NCBI GenBank assembly: GCA_036280455.1
Contig: DASUQS010000047.1
Coordinates: 1-50,883 of the forward strand
DNA: 50,883 nucleotides
Reading direction: 5' to 3'
From: Acidimicrobiales bacterium
GTDB lineage: Bacteria; Actinomycetota; Acidimicrobiia; Acidimicrobiales; VFJN01
Shown: piece after piece, positions 8,926 through 18,319 of the stretch
Layout of the letters: each line of letters begins with the position of its first letter
Position numbering within the stretch: the first letter of the stretch is position 1
Notes under the pieces: model-generated
The model's input: only the letters and a program-made list of their open reading frames with translations
The model's database searches: none
What the model was told of the DNA's origin: nothing
Program-made: the position numbers and the translations under genes

Positions 8926-10985
8926 CGGCCGGCGATGTCGGCGACCCGGACCTCGTCGAGGCCGAGCGCCTTGGCCTCGGCGAGGAGCTTGGAGAGCTTC
9001 TCGCCGCCGCCGTTGCCGTCGGCCACGATGAGCCTGGTCAGCAGCGCCGTCAGGGTGAGGTCGCGCAGGTCGGCCGTGCTGGTGCCGCCGAGCAGCGATC
9101 GCAGGTCGCCCGGCAGGTCACGCGACCCGTCGAGGTAGCCCCCGAGCAGCATCTGCGCCGTCTGGCTGTGCTCGATGGCGCCGTCGACCGCCTTGCCCAT
9201 CGTGATCGCGCCGGCCAGCCGGTCGAAGAACACCGAGTCGCCACCGATGATGTCGATGTCGGCCTTCTCGAGGCCCTTGGCCAGCACCTCGGCCTGGCTC
9301 TGGGCGACCGATCGCCGGGCCTCGATCTCCGAGAGCTGGACGTCGCGCCCGGCCTCGATGCGCAGGCGGTACTCCTCGTGGGAGCGGCTGGCCTCGTCGA
9401 GTGCCCCCATGGCGGCGGCCTTGTCGGTGAGGCCCTCGGCCTCGCCGCGCAGCCGGGCAGCGATGGCGTCGCCCTCGGCCAGCCCCAGCTCACGCGCGAC
9501 GGTGGCCTCGGCCTCGCCCTGCACCTGGCGGGCCGCGGCGTCGGCGTGCTTGACCCGCGCCTCGGCCTGGCCCAGCTTCTCGACGGCGTCGGCCTCGCGC
9601 TCGCGCACCTCCACCTCGGCCAGGCCCGGTGCCGCCGTCTCGGCCCGGACACCCTCGGCCAAGCGGATCTTCGCCTTGGCCTCCAGGTCGGCAGCGGCGA
9701 GCTCGGCCTCGGCCAGCGCCAGGCGCTCGCCCGCCTTGTGCGACGCGGCGGCCTCGGCGGCCTCGGCCGCCTTGATGTCCTTGACCAGGCCCTCCTGCGC
9801 CTCGGCCTCCGCCGCGATGATGGCGGACTCCTTCAACCGGTTGGCCTCCTCGACCGCCTGGACCCGCTTGATCGCCTCCTCCTGCTCGACCACGGTCTTC
9901 TCGACGACGACGCGCTCGCGGACGACCTCGGCGATGTTGCGCTTCTCGACCTCGACCTCGCGGTCCTTCGCGATCGTGTTGAGCTCGACCTCGCGGTCGC
10001 GGGCGATGACCTCGAGCATGCGGTCCTTCTCGATGCGCTCGCGCTCGACCGCCACCACCCGGTCGCGGTTGAGCGTGGCCACCGCCACCTCGCGCTCGAG
10101 GTTCTCCTGCTGGACGGCGACCTGCTGCGCGGTGGTGAGGCGGGCCGTCTCGCTCTTCAGGTTCTCCTCGGCCTGCACGCGCAGGATCTCGGCGCCCTCG
10201 CGGGCCTTGACCGTCTCGACCTCGCGGTTCGCCCGGGCCTCGGCGTCGGCCTGCTGGCGCTCGAGCTCGAGGATGGCCTCGGTCGCCTCGACGTTCTGCT
10301 TGGTGATCTGCTTGCGCTCGGTGTTCTGGAACTCGTTGGTGAGCACCGACTCCAGCGCCGTCAGCTCGGTGATCTTGCGGATGCCCTGGGCGTCGAGGAT
10401 GTTCTTCGGGTCGAGGTTGGTGATCGGGGTCTGCTCGAGGAAGTCGATGGCGCAGTCCTCGAGCACGTAGCCGTTCAGGTCGGTGCCGATGACGGCCACG
10501 ATCGCGTCGCGGAACTCGTTGCGCTTCGTGTAGAGGTCGACGAAGTCGAGCTGCTTGCCGACCGTCTTGAGGGCCTCCGCGAACTTGGCGTTGAACAGCT
10601 CGTCGAGCGTGCGCTGGTCGGACGCCCGGGCGCAGCCGATCGACTGGGCCACCTTGATGACGTCGTCGGAGGTCTTGTTGACCTTGACGAAGAACGTCGT
10701 CTTGATGTCGGCCCGGATGTTGTCGCGGCAGATCAGGCCCTCGGTGCCGCGGCGATCGATGTCGATCGTCTTGACCGAGATGTCCATGACCTCGGCCTTG
10801 TGGATGATGGGCATCACCACCTGACCGGTGAAGGTCACCTTGACCGAGCGCATCGTGCTCACGATGAGCGCCTTGCCCTGCTCCACCTTGCGGTACAGCC
10901 GCGACACCATGAGCAGCGCGCCCACACCCAACAGGACGAGGACCGCGACCACCACGACGATGCCGGTGATCAGTACAGAAGACAT
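8922..10985 (-). CDS. SPFH/Band-7 flotillin-family membrane protein (YqiK/FloT-like, 687 aa)
   Basis: It has an N-terminal TM helix (ITGIVVVVAVLVLLGVGALLMV) and an SPFH core (ALIVSTMRSVKVTFTG...IDIDRRGTEGLICRDNIRADIK...). A ~350-aa Ala/Glu/Arg coiled-coil follows. An SD-like GGGAGC lies upstream of ATG 10985. Confidence 0.9.
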   Translation of the reverse strand: MSSVLITGIVVVVAVLVLLGVGALLMVSRLYRKVEQGKALIVSTMRSVKVTFTGQVVMPIIHKAEVMDISVKTIDIDRRGTEGLICRDNIRADIKTTFFVKVNKTSDDVIKVAQSIGCARASDQRTLDELFNAKFAEALKTVGKQLDFVDLYTKRNEFRDAIVAVIGTDLNGYVLEDCAIDFLEQTPITNLDPKNILDAQGIRKITELTALESVLTNEFQNTERKQITKQNVEATEAILELERQQADAEARANREVETVKAREGAEILRVQAEENLKSETARLTTAQQVAVQQENLEREVAVATLNRDRVVAVERERIEKDRMLEVIARDREVELNTIAKDREVEVEKRNIAEVVRERVVVEKTVVEQEEAIKRVQAVEEANRLKESAIIAAEAEAQEGLVKDIKAAEAAEAAASHKAGERLALAEAELAAADLEAKAKIRLAEGVRAETAAPGLAEVEVREREADAVEKLGQAEARVKHADAAARQVQGEAEATVARELGLAEGDAIAARLRGEAEGLTDKAAAMGALDEASRSHEEYRLRIEAGRDVQLSEIEARRSVAQSQAEVLAKGLEKADIDIIGGDSVFFDRLAGAITMGKAVDGAIEHSQTAQMLLGGYLDGSRDLPGDLRSLLGGTSTADLRDLTLTALLTRLIVADGNGGGEKLSKLLAEAKALGLDEVRVADIAGR

Positions 10986-11010
10986 CTAGTGCTCCCTAGC
11001 TGGCTGTCGT

Positions 11011-11769
11011 TCAGGAGAGGCCGTCTGCGCCGGCCTCGAGCGCCTCGACCGGGCACACGAGGAAGACCTCGGCCGCCGGGTCGTAGTCGAAGATCAACGC
11101 CTGCTCGCCACGGGCGAACGAGGCGGAGGCGTGCCCGTCGGCGTCGGGTGGCACCCGTACCTGGACGAGCACGGTCGCACCGGACGGATCGGCGGCCTCG
11201 GCCTGGCCGAAGCTCGTGCTGACCCCCGCGGTGCGGATGGTGCACGTGCGGCCGACGAAGGCCTGGTTGCTCTCGGCCTCCGTCGTGACGAACAGGCGCC
11301 CGAGCGGCCGGGCGAGCACCGACGCGCCCAGCGAGCCGGCGACGAGCGCCACGGCGATGACGACCAGGCCGGCGAGCAGCCGGACGGTCGGGTCGACGTC
11401 CCAGCTGTCGGCCGCGGCGGTGGCCACGAGGGCGACCAGCCACCCGAACACCACGACGAGGCTGGCCGCGAGCGTGACGGGCACACCGGCCAGACCCAAG
11501 GCCTGCCACCATCCCGCCAACAGTCCACCGTCGGTCGCGGCGTCGCCCGCTCCGTCGCCCCCGGCATCGCCGTGAGCGCCGACGCCGTCACCGACGTCGA
11601 GGCCGCCGTCCACGTCGACGCCGTCGACACCGTCGACACCCAGGTCACCGAACAGGTCGATGTCGAGAGCCCCGAGCACCACGGCGAGCCAGTAGGCGAG
11701 GACGGGCGCGAGCAGCACGGTGAAGACCACCGCCGGAAAACCGAGAGCCGCATCGAAGAACCCGCCCAT
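11011..11769 (-). CDS. NfeD/YqiJ-like (DUF1449-type) membrane protein with a C-terminal OB-like domain
   Basis: Several TM helices and an acidic Gly/Asp-rich loop (DGVDGVDVDGGLDVGDG) are present. The C-terminal soluble segment (FVGRTCTIRTAGVSTSFGQAEA...VLVQVRV) resembles an NfeD OB fold. It sits immediately upstream of the flotillin gene, as in yqiJ-yqiK and yuaF-floT pairs. An alternative GTG start exists at 11805. Confidence 0.7.
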   Translation of the reverse strand: MGGFFDAALGFPAVVFTVLLAPVLAYWLAVVLGALDIDLFGDLGVDGVDGVDVDGGLDVGDGVGAHGDAGGDGAGDAATDGGLLAGWWQALGLAGVPVTLAASLVVVFGWLVALVATAAADSWDVDPTVRLLAGLVVIAVALVAGSLGASVLARPLGRLFVTTEAESNQAFVGRTCTIRTAGVSTSFGQAEAADPSGATVLVQVRVPPDADGHASASFARGEQALIFDYDPAAEVFLVCPVEALEAGADGLS

Positions 11770-11837
11770 GCCTGGCGCCGACGCTACCTGCCACCGCGCC
11801 ACCACGAATCGCGGCCGGGGGAGGTGTCATCCACCTG

Positions 11838-12587
11838 TCACGCACCGGGCGCGGAGGGCGGCGACACACCCCGCAGCGCGGCCGTACCCGACACGTTGGG
11901 GTCGCCGGGGACGCACCACCGCCAGGGATGCTCGGCACCGGCGGTGAGGCCGATGCGGGTGGTCTGGTGGGGTCGGGCGGGCGGCGGCGTGCCGTCGTCG
12001 GCCAGCCACACGCCACGGTCGCCGCGCACGAGGTCGGCGCCGTCGAACGACCCGTCGAGCCCGAACGCCTGGCACAGCTTGGCGGGACCGCTGCACAGGT
12101 CGCGGTCGCGCCGCGCCCGCGGCCGGGCCGCGCGCATGGCCTCGACACCGGCCACCGGGGCCAGCGCCCGTAGGAGCACCGCCACGCCCTCGCCGTCGTC
12201 GCCGCACACGACGTTGGCGCACCAGTGCATCCCGTAGGAGAAGTACACGTACAGGCCACCCGGCGGGCCGAACATCGTGCGGTTCCGGGGCGTCATCCCC
12301 CGGAACGCGTGGCTGCCCGGATCGGCCGCGCCGCAGTACGCCTCGACCTCGACGATCCGCCCGACGCGCAGCCCGCCACCGTCCTTCCCGACAGCTCCAG
12401 CGCCCGCGTCGGCCTCATCTGCCTCGACCTCCGGGTCGGCCCGGTCGTCCCAGCGGACCAGCAGCTTGTTGAGGAGGTCGGGAGCGACCGCCCGCGAATC
12501 CCGTCGCAGGAACGAGCGGTCGACGACGGCACCGAACGCCGGCGGTCGCCCACCCGAGGACGGACCGGCCGCCGACCGGCCCGTCAT
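11838..12587 (-). CDS. mpg: DNA-3-methyladenine glycosylase (AAG/Mpg family)
   Basis: Contains GRIVEVEAYCGAADPGSHAFRGMTPRNRTMFGPPGGLYVYFSYGMHWCANVV, typical of the Mpg family. The ATG at 12587 overlaps the upstream stop as ATGA. Confidence 0.85.
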   Translation of the reverse strand: MTGRSAAGPSSGGRPPAFGAVVDRSFLRRDSRAVAPDLLNKLLVRWDDRADPEVEADEADAGAGAVGKDGGGLRVGRIVEVEAYCGAADPGSHAFRGMTPRNRTMFGPPGGLYVYFSYGMHWCANVVCGDDGEGVAVLLRALAPVAGVEAMRAARPRARRDRDLCSGPAKLCQAFGLDGSFDGADLVRGDRGVWLADDGTPPPARPHQTTRIGLTAGAEHPWRWCVPGDPNVSGTAALRGVSPPSAPGA

Positions 12588-12973
12588 GACAGCGCCGACC
12601 GCACCGCCTCGGGCACCGGGGTCGGCTCGATCGTTCCCGGCGTGACCGCCACGTAGGTCACGACCGCGGTGAACACGGGCTGCTCGTCGACCGAGCCCTC
12701 GAACCCGATGTCGAAGCTCGTGCGCCCCCACCGGCGGGCTCCGACGTCGATCGCCAGCACGTCGCCGAAGCCGGCGCTTCCGTGCCACGTGAGGTCGGCC
12801 CGCTTGAGCACCATGTCGACCGCGCCCGAGCTGTGGTAGTCGTCGCCGAGCACGGCCCGGAACCACCCGTCGCACGCCTCGTCGACGTAGGTCAGGTAGT
12901 GGGCGTTGAAGGCGTGGCGCTGCATGTCCACCTCGCCGTAGCGGATGCGGATCTCGTGGCGGTACAGGCTCAC
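12584..12973 (-). CDS. Acyl-CoA thioesterase, 4HBT/YbgC-like hotdog fold (129 aa)
   Basis: This is the C-terminal part of track ORF 12584..14011. The sequence VSLYRHEIRIRYGEVDMQRHAFNAHYLTYVDEA... matches the hotdog thioesterase N-terminal pattern. The GTG at 12973 overlaps the argH stop as GTGA. Confidence 0.8.
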   Translation of the reverse strand: MSLYRHEIRIRYGEVDMQRHAFNAHYLTYVDEACDGWFRAVLGDDYHSSGAVDMVLKRADLTWHGSAGFGDVLAIDVGARRWGRTSFDIGFEGSVDEQPVFTAVVTYVAVTPGTIEPTPVPEAVRSALS

Positions 12974-14367
12974 CGGGCGTCTCCGGCGGCGCCGATGCGT
13001 TCGGCGTCGGTGTCGAGGCGGCGTGCGAACCGCTCGACCTGCACCGCCACCGGGTCGGGACCGGCGCCGCCCGGCGTGGTGCGCCGGGTCACCGGTCGTC
13101 CCGGTTCGAGCAGGGCAGCGCCGTCGACCCCCAGAGCCGGATGGGCCTCGACCAGCTCGGCGAGCGGCACCCGTCGCTCCAGGCTGTCGCGCACCAACCC
13201 GCCGACGAGGGCGTGGGCGTCGCGGAACGGCGTGCCGCGCTCGACCAGCAGCTCCGCCAGGTCGGTGGCCGCGGCATAGGGAGAGTCGGCCGCCTGCTGC
13301 ATGCGGTCGACGTCGAAGACCAGCGTGCCGTAGAGCCCGGCCATGGCGGTGAGCGCGAGCGCCATCTGGTCGACGGCGTCGAACAACGGCTCCTTGTCCT
13401 CCTGCAGGTCGCGGTTGTAACTGAGCGGCAGGCCCTTCAGCGTGGCCAGGATGCCGGTCAGGTCGCCGATCACCCGGCCCGCCTTGCCGCGGGCCAGCTC
13501 GGCGATGTCGGGGTTCTTCTTCTGGGGCAGCATCGACGAACCGGTGGAGTAGGCGTCGTCCAGCCGGGCGAAGCCGAACTCGTCGGTCGACCAGAGGATG
13601 ACCTCCTCGCCCATGCGCGACAGGTGGATGGCCAGCATGCTCAGGGCGAACAGCGCCTCGGCCACGAAGTCGCGGTCGCTCACCGCGTCGAGGCTGTTCT
13701 CGAAGCGGGCGGCGAAGCCGAGGTCCTCGGCCGTGCCGTCCGGGTCGAGCGGCAGCGACGATCCGGCCAGCGCCCCGGCGCCGAGAGGCGACACGTCGAG
13801 CCGGCGGCGGCAGTCGAGCAGCCGGTCGACGTCCCGGGCGAGCGCCCAGCCATGCGCGAGCAGGTGGTGCGCCAGCGACACCGGCTGCGCCCGCTGCAGA
13901 TGGGTGTACCCGGGCAGGTAGGCAGGCCCCGCCTCCCCGGCCCGGTCGAGCAGGGTGCGCTGCAGCGTGACGACGCGCCGGGCGATCTCGCCCAGCTCGC
14001 GCCGGGTCCACAGCCGCAGGTCGGTCGCCACCTGGTCGTTGCGGCTGCGGCCCGTGTGCAGCTTCGCCCCGGGCGGACCGGCGAGCGCGGTGACCCGGCG
14101 CTCGATGGCGGTGTGGATGTCCTCGTCGGTCGGCTCGAAGGCGAACTCGCCGGTGCGGAGCTCGTCCTCGACACGGTCGAGGGCGGCGAGCACCACCCCC
14201 GACTCGTCGTCGCTGAGGATGCCCGCCCGTGTCAGGCCCCGGACATGGGCGCGGCTCCCGGCGAGATCATCCGCCGCCAGCCGCCGGTCGTAGTCGAGGC
14301 TGACCGTGAAGGCGAGCAGCTCGGCCGCCGGCCCGCCCTCGAACCGCCCGTGCCAGAGCGTGCTCAT
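12970..14367 (-). CDS. argH: Argininosuccinate lyase
   Basis: Begins MSTLWHGRFEGGPAAELLAF and carries the fumarate-lyase signature GSSMLPQKKNPD. The start is placed at ATG 14367. Confidence 0.95.
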   Translation of the reverse strand: MSTLWHGRFEGGPAAELLAFTVSLDYDRRLAADDLAGSRAHVRGLTRAGILSDDESGVVLAALDRVEDELRTGEFAFEPTDEDIHTAIERRVTALAGPPGAKLHTGRSRNDQVATDLRLWTRRELGEIARRVVTLQRTLLDRAGEAGPAYLPGYTHLQRAQPVSLAHHLLAHGWALARDVDRLLDCRRRLDVSPLGAGALAGSSLPLDPDGTAEDLGFAARFENSLDAVSDRDFVAEALFALSMLAIHLSRMGEEVILWSTDEFGFARLDDAYSTGSSMLPQKKNPDIAELARGKAGRVIGDLTGILATLKGLPLSYNRDLQEDKEPLFDAVDQMALALTAMAGLYGTLVFDVDRMQQAADSPYAAATDLAELLVERGTPFRDAHALVGGLVRDSLERRVPLAELVEAHPALGVDGAALLEPGRPVTRRTTPGGAGPDPVAVQVERFARRLDTDAERIGAAGDAR

Positions 14368-14569
14368 CGGCCCCTCCCCGATCCGCTGTCGGCCGGCACC
14401 ACTCGTGTCGCCATCGGTCTGCTTCCTTCGTCTCGTCGTGAACGTTCGTGCGCGGCCCCGGACGACCGGCGCCACCGCGGCGGGGCACGAACCCGGCCGG
14501 CGTGTCTGCTCGGATGTGGGTCCCCCGCGCGGATGCGAGGTCGGTGGTCTGGGCGTCAGGTCCGCGAGA

Positions 14570-15130
14570 TCATCGCAGGCCGGCCAACTCGGCCAGCACG
14601 TCCGCCATCGCTGCTCCGCTGGTGCCCTCGGCGACGATCACGACCAGCGTGTCGTCACCGGCCACGGTACCCAGCACGTCCGGCAGGCCCGAACGGTCGA
14701 GGGCCGAGGCGACCACGTGCGCGGACCCCGGCGGCGTGCGCAGCACGACCAGGTTGGCCGACTGCGCCACCTCGACCACCCACTCGCTGAACACGCGGCG
14801 GAGGTGGTCCTCGGGCGCCCGCTGCTGCGAGGGCAGCTCGGGGATGGCGTACACCGTCTCGCCGCCACCGACCCGCACCTTGATGGCGCCGAGGTCCTCC
14901 AGGTCGCGCGACACGGTCGCCTGCGTGGCGGCGACGTCCTCGGCCGCCAGCAGCTCGACCAGCTGGCCCTGGCTCGTCACCGAGTGGTCGGACAGCAGGC
15001 GGGCGATGCGATGCTGGCGTTGCGGCTTGGCGAGCGTGCGCGGCGCGGCGTCGTCGCCTGGAGACGACCCGGCGCCGTCCCGCGGTGCGGTGGCCTCGCC
15101 GGACCGGCTGTCGGTCGACGCCTCGGTCAC
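14570..15130 (-). CDS. argR: Arginine repressor
   Basis: The winged-helix segment is RQHRIARLLSDHSVTSQGQLVELLAAEDVAATQATVSRDLEDLGA, and the C-terminal oligomerisation domain contains GTVAGDDTLVVI. The GTG at 15130 overlaps the argF stop as GTGA. Confidence 0.9.
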   Translation of the reverse strand: MTEASTDSRSGEATAPRDGAGSSPGDDAAPRTLAKPQRQHRIARLLSDHSVTSQGQLVELLAAEDVAATQATVSRDLEDLGAIKVRVGGGETVYAIPELPSQQRAPEDHLRRVFSEWVVEVAQSANLVVLRTPPGSAHVVASALDRSGLPDVLGTVAGDDTLVVIVAEGTSGAAMADVLAELAGLR

Positions 15131-16029
15131 CGGTCGACCTCCTCGAGCAGCCACGACAGGAGGCCGCGGACGCTGTGCAGGCGGTTGTGCGCCTGCGCGA
15201 ACACGACGCTCTGGGCACCGTCGACGACCGACGCCGCCACCTCCTCGCCCCGGTGGGCGGGCAGGCAGTGCATGAAGACCGCCCCGGGGGCGGCGGTGGC
15301 CATGACCCGGTCGTCGACCTGGAAGCCCTCGAACGCCCGGTTGCGGGTCTCGGCCTCGTCCTCCTGGCCCATCGAGGCCCACACGTCGGTGTGCACCGCG
15401 GTCGCGCCCGCCGCGGCCTCGTCGGGCCGGCTGGTCACCATCGGCTCGCCGCCGAGCGCCCGCAGCCGGTCGAGGTCGGCATCGGTGGGGCCGTAACCCG
15501 GTGGGCAGGCGAGATGGACCTTCATGCCGACCATCGTGGCGCCGAGCGCCAGCGACCGGGCCACGTTGTTGAAGTCGCCGATCCACGCCACCGTGGCGCC
15601 TGCCAGGTCGCCCTGGGTCTGCCGCATCGTGACCAGATCGGCGAGCGCCTGGCACGGGTGACCACGGTCGGACAGGAGGTTGACGACCGGGATGGTGGCG
15701 GCGGCCGCCAGCTCCTCGAGCAGCGTGTGGTCGTAGACGCGGGCGCCGAGTGCGGCGTGGTAGCCCGACAGCACCCGGGCGGTGTCGGCGGTCGACTCGC
15801 GCTCCCCGATGGACACCTCGTCGCGGCGGAACGTGACCGGATGGCCCCCGAGCTGCACGACCGCCACCTCGCACGAATGCCGCGTGCGCAGCGACGGCTT
15901 CTCGAAGTAGAGGCCGACGGTGCGGTCGGCGAGCGGTCGCGACATCGGGGGTGCGGCCGCCCGGCGCAAGACCTCGTCCAGCTCGGCCGGGGTCAGGTCG
16001 TCGATCTCGAGGAAGTGGCGCAGGCTCAC
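15127..16029 (-). CDS. argF: Ornithine carbamoyltransferase
   Basis: Motifs FEKPSLRTR, HPCQALAD and HCLPAHRGEE are present. The GTG at 16029 overlaps the argD stop as GTGA. Confidence 0.95.
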   Translation of the reverse strand: MSLRHFLEIDDLTPAELDEVLRRAAAPPMSRPLADRTVGLYFEKPSLRTRHSCEVAVVQLGGHPVTFRRDEVSIGERESTADTARVLSGYHAALGARVYDHTLLEELAAAATIPVVNLLSDRGHPCQALADLVTMRQTQGDLAGATVAWIGDFNNVARSLALGATMVGMKVHLACPPGYGPTDADLDRLRALGGEPMVTSRPDEAAAGATAVHTDVWASMGQEDEAETRNRAFEGFQVDDRVMATAAPGAVFMHCLPAHRGEEVAASVVDGAQSVVFAQAHNRLHSVRGLLSWLLEEVDR

Positions 16030-17315
16030 GGAGCGCTCCGGGAGGTGTCGGTCGTGGCGGGGTCGGACGGGCCGCCGGCGATCGCGTCGGCGGGGAGGCT
16101 CACGGCACTGGGCGTTGCGGCGCCCTCGGTGGCCGCTGCGGCGATCGCGTCGGCCAGGACTCGCCCGATCGCGGCCACCGCCTCGTCGATCTCGTCGTCG
16201 GAGATCAGCAGCGAGGGGGCGAGCCGCAGGGCGGTGGGCGTGACCGCGTTGGCGACCACCCCGCTCGCCAGCAGGGCGGCGTTCACGGCGCGGGCGTCGA
16301 GCCCGTCGAGCTCGACGCCGAGCAGCAACCCCTGGCCCCGCACGCCGGCGACGCCCGGGAGAGCGCCGATCTCTTCGGTCAGGCGCTGCCCCGCCTTCGC
16401 CGCCCGGCCGGGGGCATCGACGGCCTCCATGGTGGCCAGCACCGCCCGGGCGGCCGCCGCGGCCAGGGGCTGGCCGCCGTAGGTCGTGGCGTGGTCGCCC
16501 GGCTCGAACACCGCGGCGATCTCGGCCCGCGCCCAGCAGGCGCCGATCGGCACCCCGTTGCCCAGTGCCTTCGCCATCGTCACGACGTCGGGCACCACGC
16601 CCAGGTGCTGGAAGCCGAACCACCGCCCGGTGCGGGCGAGGCCGGTCTGCACCTCGTCGACCATCATCAGCAGGCCCCGCTCGTCGCACAGGCGGCGCAC
16701 GCCCTGGAAGTAGGCCGCGCTCGCCGGGTTGACGCCACCTTCGCCCTGCACCGGTTCGAGCAGCACGGCGGCGACGGTGGGATCGAGGGCGGCGGCCAGC
16801 GCGTCGAGATCGTCCCAGGCGACGTGGCGGAAGCCCTCCGGCAACGGCTGGAACGCCTCGTGCTTCGCTGGCTGCCCGGTCGCGTGCAGCGTGGCCAGCG
16901 TGCGCCCGTGGAAGCTGCCGTAGGCCGACACCACCACGTGGCGCCCCCGCCCGCCGAAGCGCCGGGCCAGCTTGATGGCGCATTCGTTGGCCTCGGCCCC
17001 CGAGTTGCAGAAGAAGACCTGGCCGCCGAGGGGCTCGCCGTCGCCGATGAGACGGTCGAGCGTGCGCGCCACCTCGGGGCCGATCTCGGTGCCGTAGAGG
17101 TTGGACACGTGCAGGAGGGTGGACGCCTGGGTGGCGAGCGCCTCCGCCACGGCAGGGTGGGCGTGGCCGAGCGACGTGACGGCCAGGCCGGAGAGCAGGT
17201 CGAGGTAGCGCCGTCCGGCGTCGTCCCACAGGTAGGAGCCCTCGCCGCGCACGAACGTGACCGGCGCCGGTGGGTAGGTCGGCATCAGCGGACTGGTGGT
17301 GCCGGCGGCGGTCAT
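16026..17315 (-). CDS. argD: Acetylornithine aminotransferase
   Basis: This is a class III aminotransferase (SGAEANECAIKLAR, DEVQTGLARTGRWF, VTMAKALGNG). Its start overlaps the argB stop as ATGA. Confidence 0.95.
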   Translation of the reverse strand: MTAAGTTSPLMPTYPPAPVTFVRGEGSYLWDDAGRRYLDLLSGLAVTSLGHAHPAVAEALATQASTLLHVSNLYGTEIGPEVARTLDRLIGDGEPLGGQVFFCNSGAEANECAIKLARRFGGRGRHVVVSAYGSFHGRTLATLHATGQPAKHEAFQPLPEGFRHVAWDDLDALAAALDPTVAAVLLEPVQGEGGVNPASAAYFQGVRRLCDERGLLMMVDEVQTGLARTGRWFGFQHLGVVPDVVTMAKALGNGVPIGACWARAEIAAVFEPGDHATTYGGQPLAAAAARAVLATMEAVDAPGRAAKAGQRLTEEIGALPGVAGVRGQGLLLGVELDGLDARAVNAALLASGVVANAVTPTALRLAPSLLISDDEIDEAVAAIGRVLADAIAAAATEGAATPSAVSLPADAIAGGPSDPATTDTSRSAP

Positions 17316-18319
17316 GCGTCCTCCTCGACGGACGGGTCGGCGACGGCCGTGCGGCCGGCGGACGGCGGGTCGACCGCGGTCGGGCCGTCCGGCACGGCCG
17401 GGCCGTCGGTGATCATCGTGCCGATGCCTGCGTCGCTGAACAGCTCGAGCAGCAGCACGTGGTCGATCCGGCCGTCGAGCAGGTGCGCGGAGGCGACCCC
17501 GTGGCGCACCGCGTGCAACGCCGCCGCCACCTTGGGGATCATCCCGCCGGTGAGCTGACCGTCGTCGATCATCGCCTGCAGCTCGTCTGCCGTCGTGCGC
17601 CTGATGAGCGAATCGGGATCGTCGACGTCCGCCAGCAACCCGGCGACGTCGGTGAGGAACAGCGCCTTCTCGGCGCCCAGCGCCTCGGCGAGCGCCCCGG
17701 CCACGGTGTCCGCGTTGATGTTGTACGCCTGCCCGCTGGGGTCGGAACCGATGGTCGACACGACCGGGATCAGCTCCTCGGCCAGCAGACGCTCCAGGAT
17801 CGTCGGGTTCACCGCGTGGACGTCGCCGACGAAGCCCAGCTCGGGGTTGCGGGCGCCCGCGGCGATGAGCCCGGCGTCCTCACCCGACAGGCCGACGGCC
17901 AGCGGCCCGTGCACGTTGATCGCCGAGACGATGTCGCGGTTGACCTTGCCCACGAGGACCATCCGGGCGATGTCGACGGTCTCGGCGTCGGTGACCCGCA
18001 GGCCGTCCCGGAACTCGGTCTCCTTGCCCAGGCGAGCCATCAGCTCGCTGATCTGGGGCCCGCCTCCGTGGACGACCACGGGCTTGAGCCCCACCGCCCG
18101 CAGGAGCACGACGTCGTCGGCCACCGCCCGGCCGAGCTGCGGGTCGATCATCGCGTTGCCGCCGTACTTGACCACGACGACCGCACCGCGGAAGCGCTGG
18201 ATGTAGGGCAGGGCCTCGAGCAGGACGTCGGCACGGTGCGCCGCATCGGCCTGCGAGGTGGGTGATGCGGATGCCCCGCCCGAGATCCGGGCCGCGGCAC
18301 CGCCGAGGCCGCCGGTCAC
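17312..18319 (-). CDS. argB: Acetylglutamate kinase
   Basis: Contains VVVKYGGNAM, VVVHGGGPQI and NINADTVAGALA. The GTG at 18319 overlaps the argJ stop as GTGA. I counted 335 codons back from the stop. Confidence 0.95.
   Translation of the reverse strand: MTGGLGGAAARISGGASASPTSQADAAHRADVLLEALPYIQRFRGAVVVVKYGGNAMIDPQLGRAVADDVVLLRAVGLKPVVVHGGGPQISELMARLGKETEFRDGLRVTDAETVDIARMVLVGKVNRDIVSAINVHGPLAVGLSGEDAGLIAAGARNPELGFVGDVHAVNPTILERLLAEELIPVVSTIGSDPSGQAYNINADTVAGALAEALGAEKALFLTDVAGLLADVDDPDSLIRRTTADELQAMIDDGQLTGGMIPKVAAALHAVRHGVASAHLLDGRIDHVLLLELFSDAGIGTMITDGPAVPDGPTAVDPPSAGRTAVADPSVEEDA

Noticed and set aside
9168-11222. 684-aa and 431-aa plus-strand ORFs antisense to the flotillin gene
   Set aside because: They are low-complexity Leu/Gly/Asp/Arg or Ser/Ala-rich translations with no motifs. 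The minus-strand frame encodes a clear SPFH protein.
14440-14447. GAACGTTC palindrome in the argR-argH spacer as a possible ARG or KstR box
   Set aside because: It is only 8 bp. The AAC and GTT halves have no 2-nt spacer, so it is not KstR-type. It also lacks the TGCAT/ATGCA arms of an ARG box.
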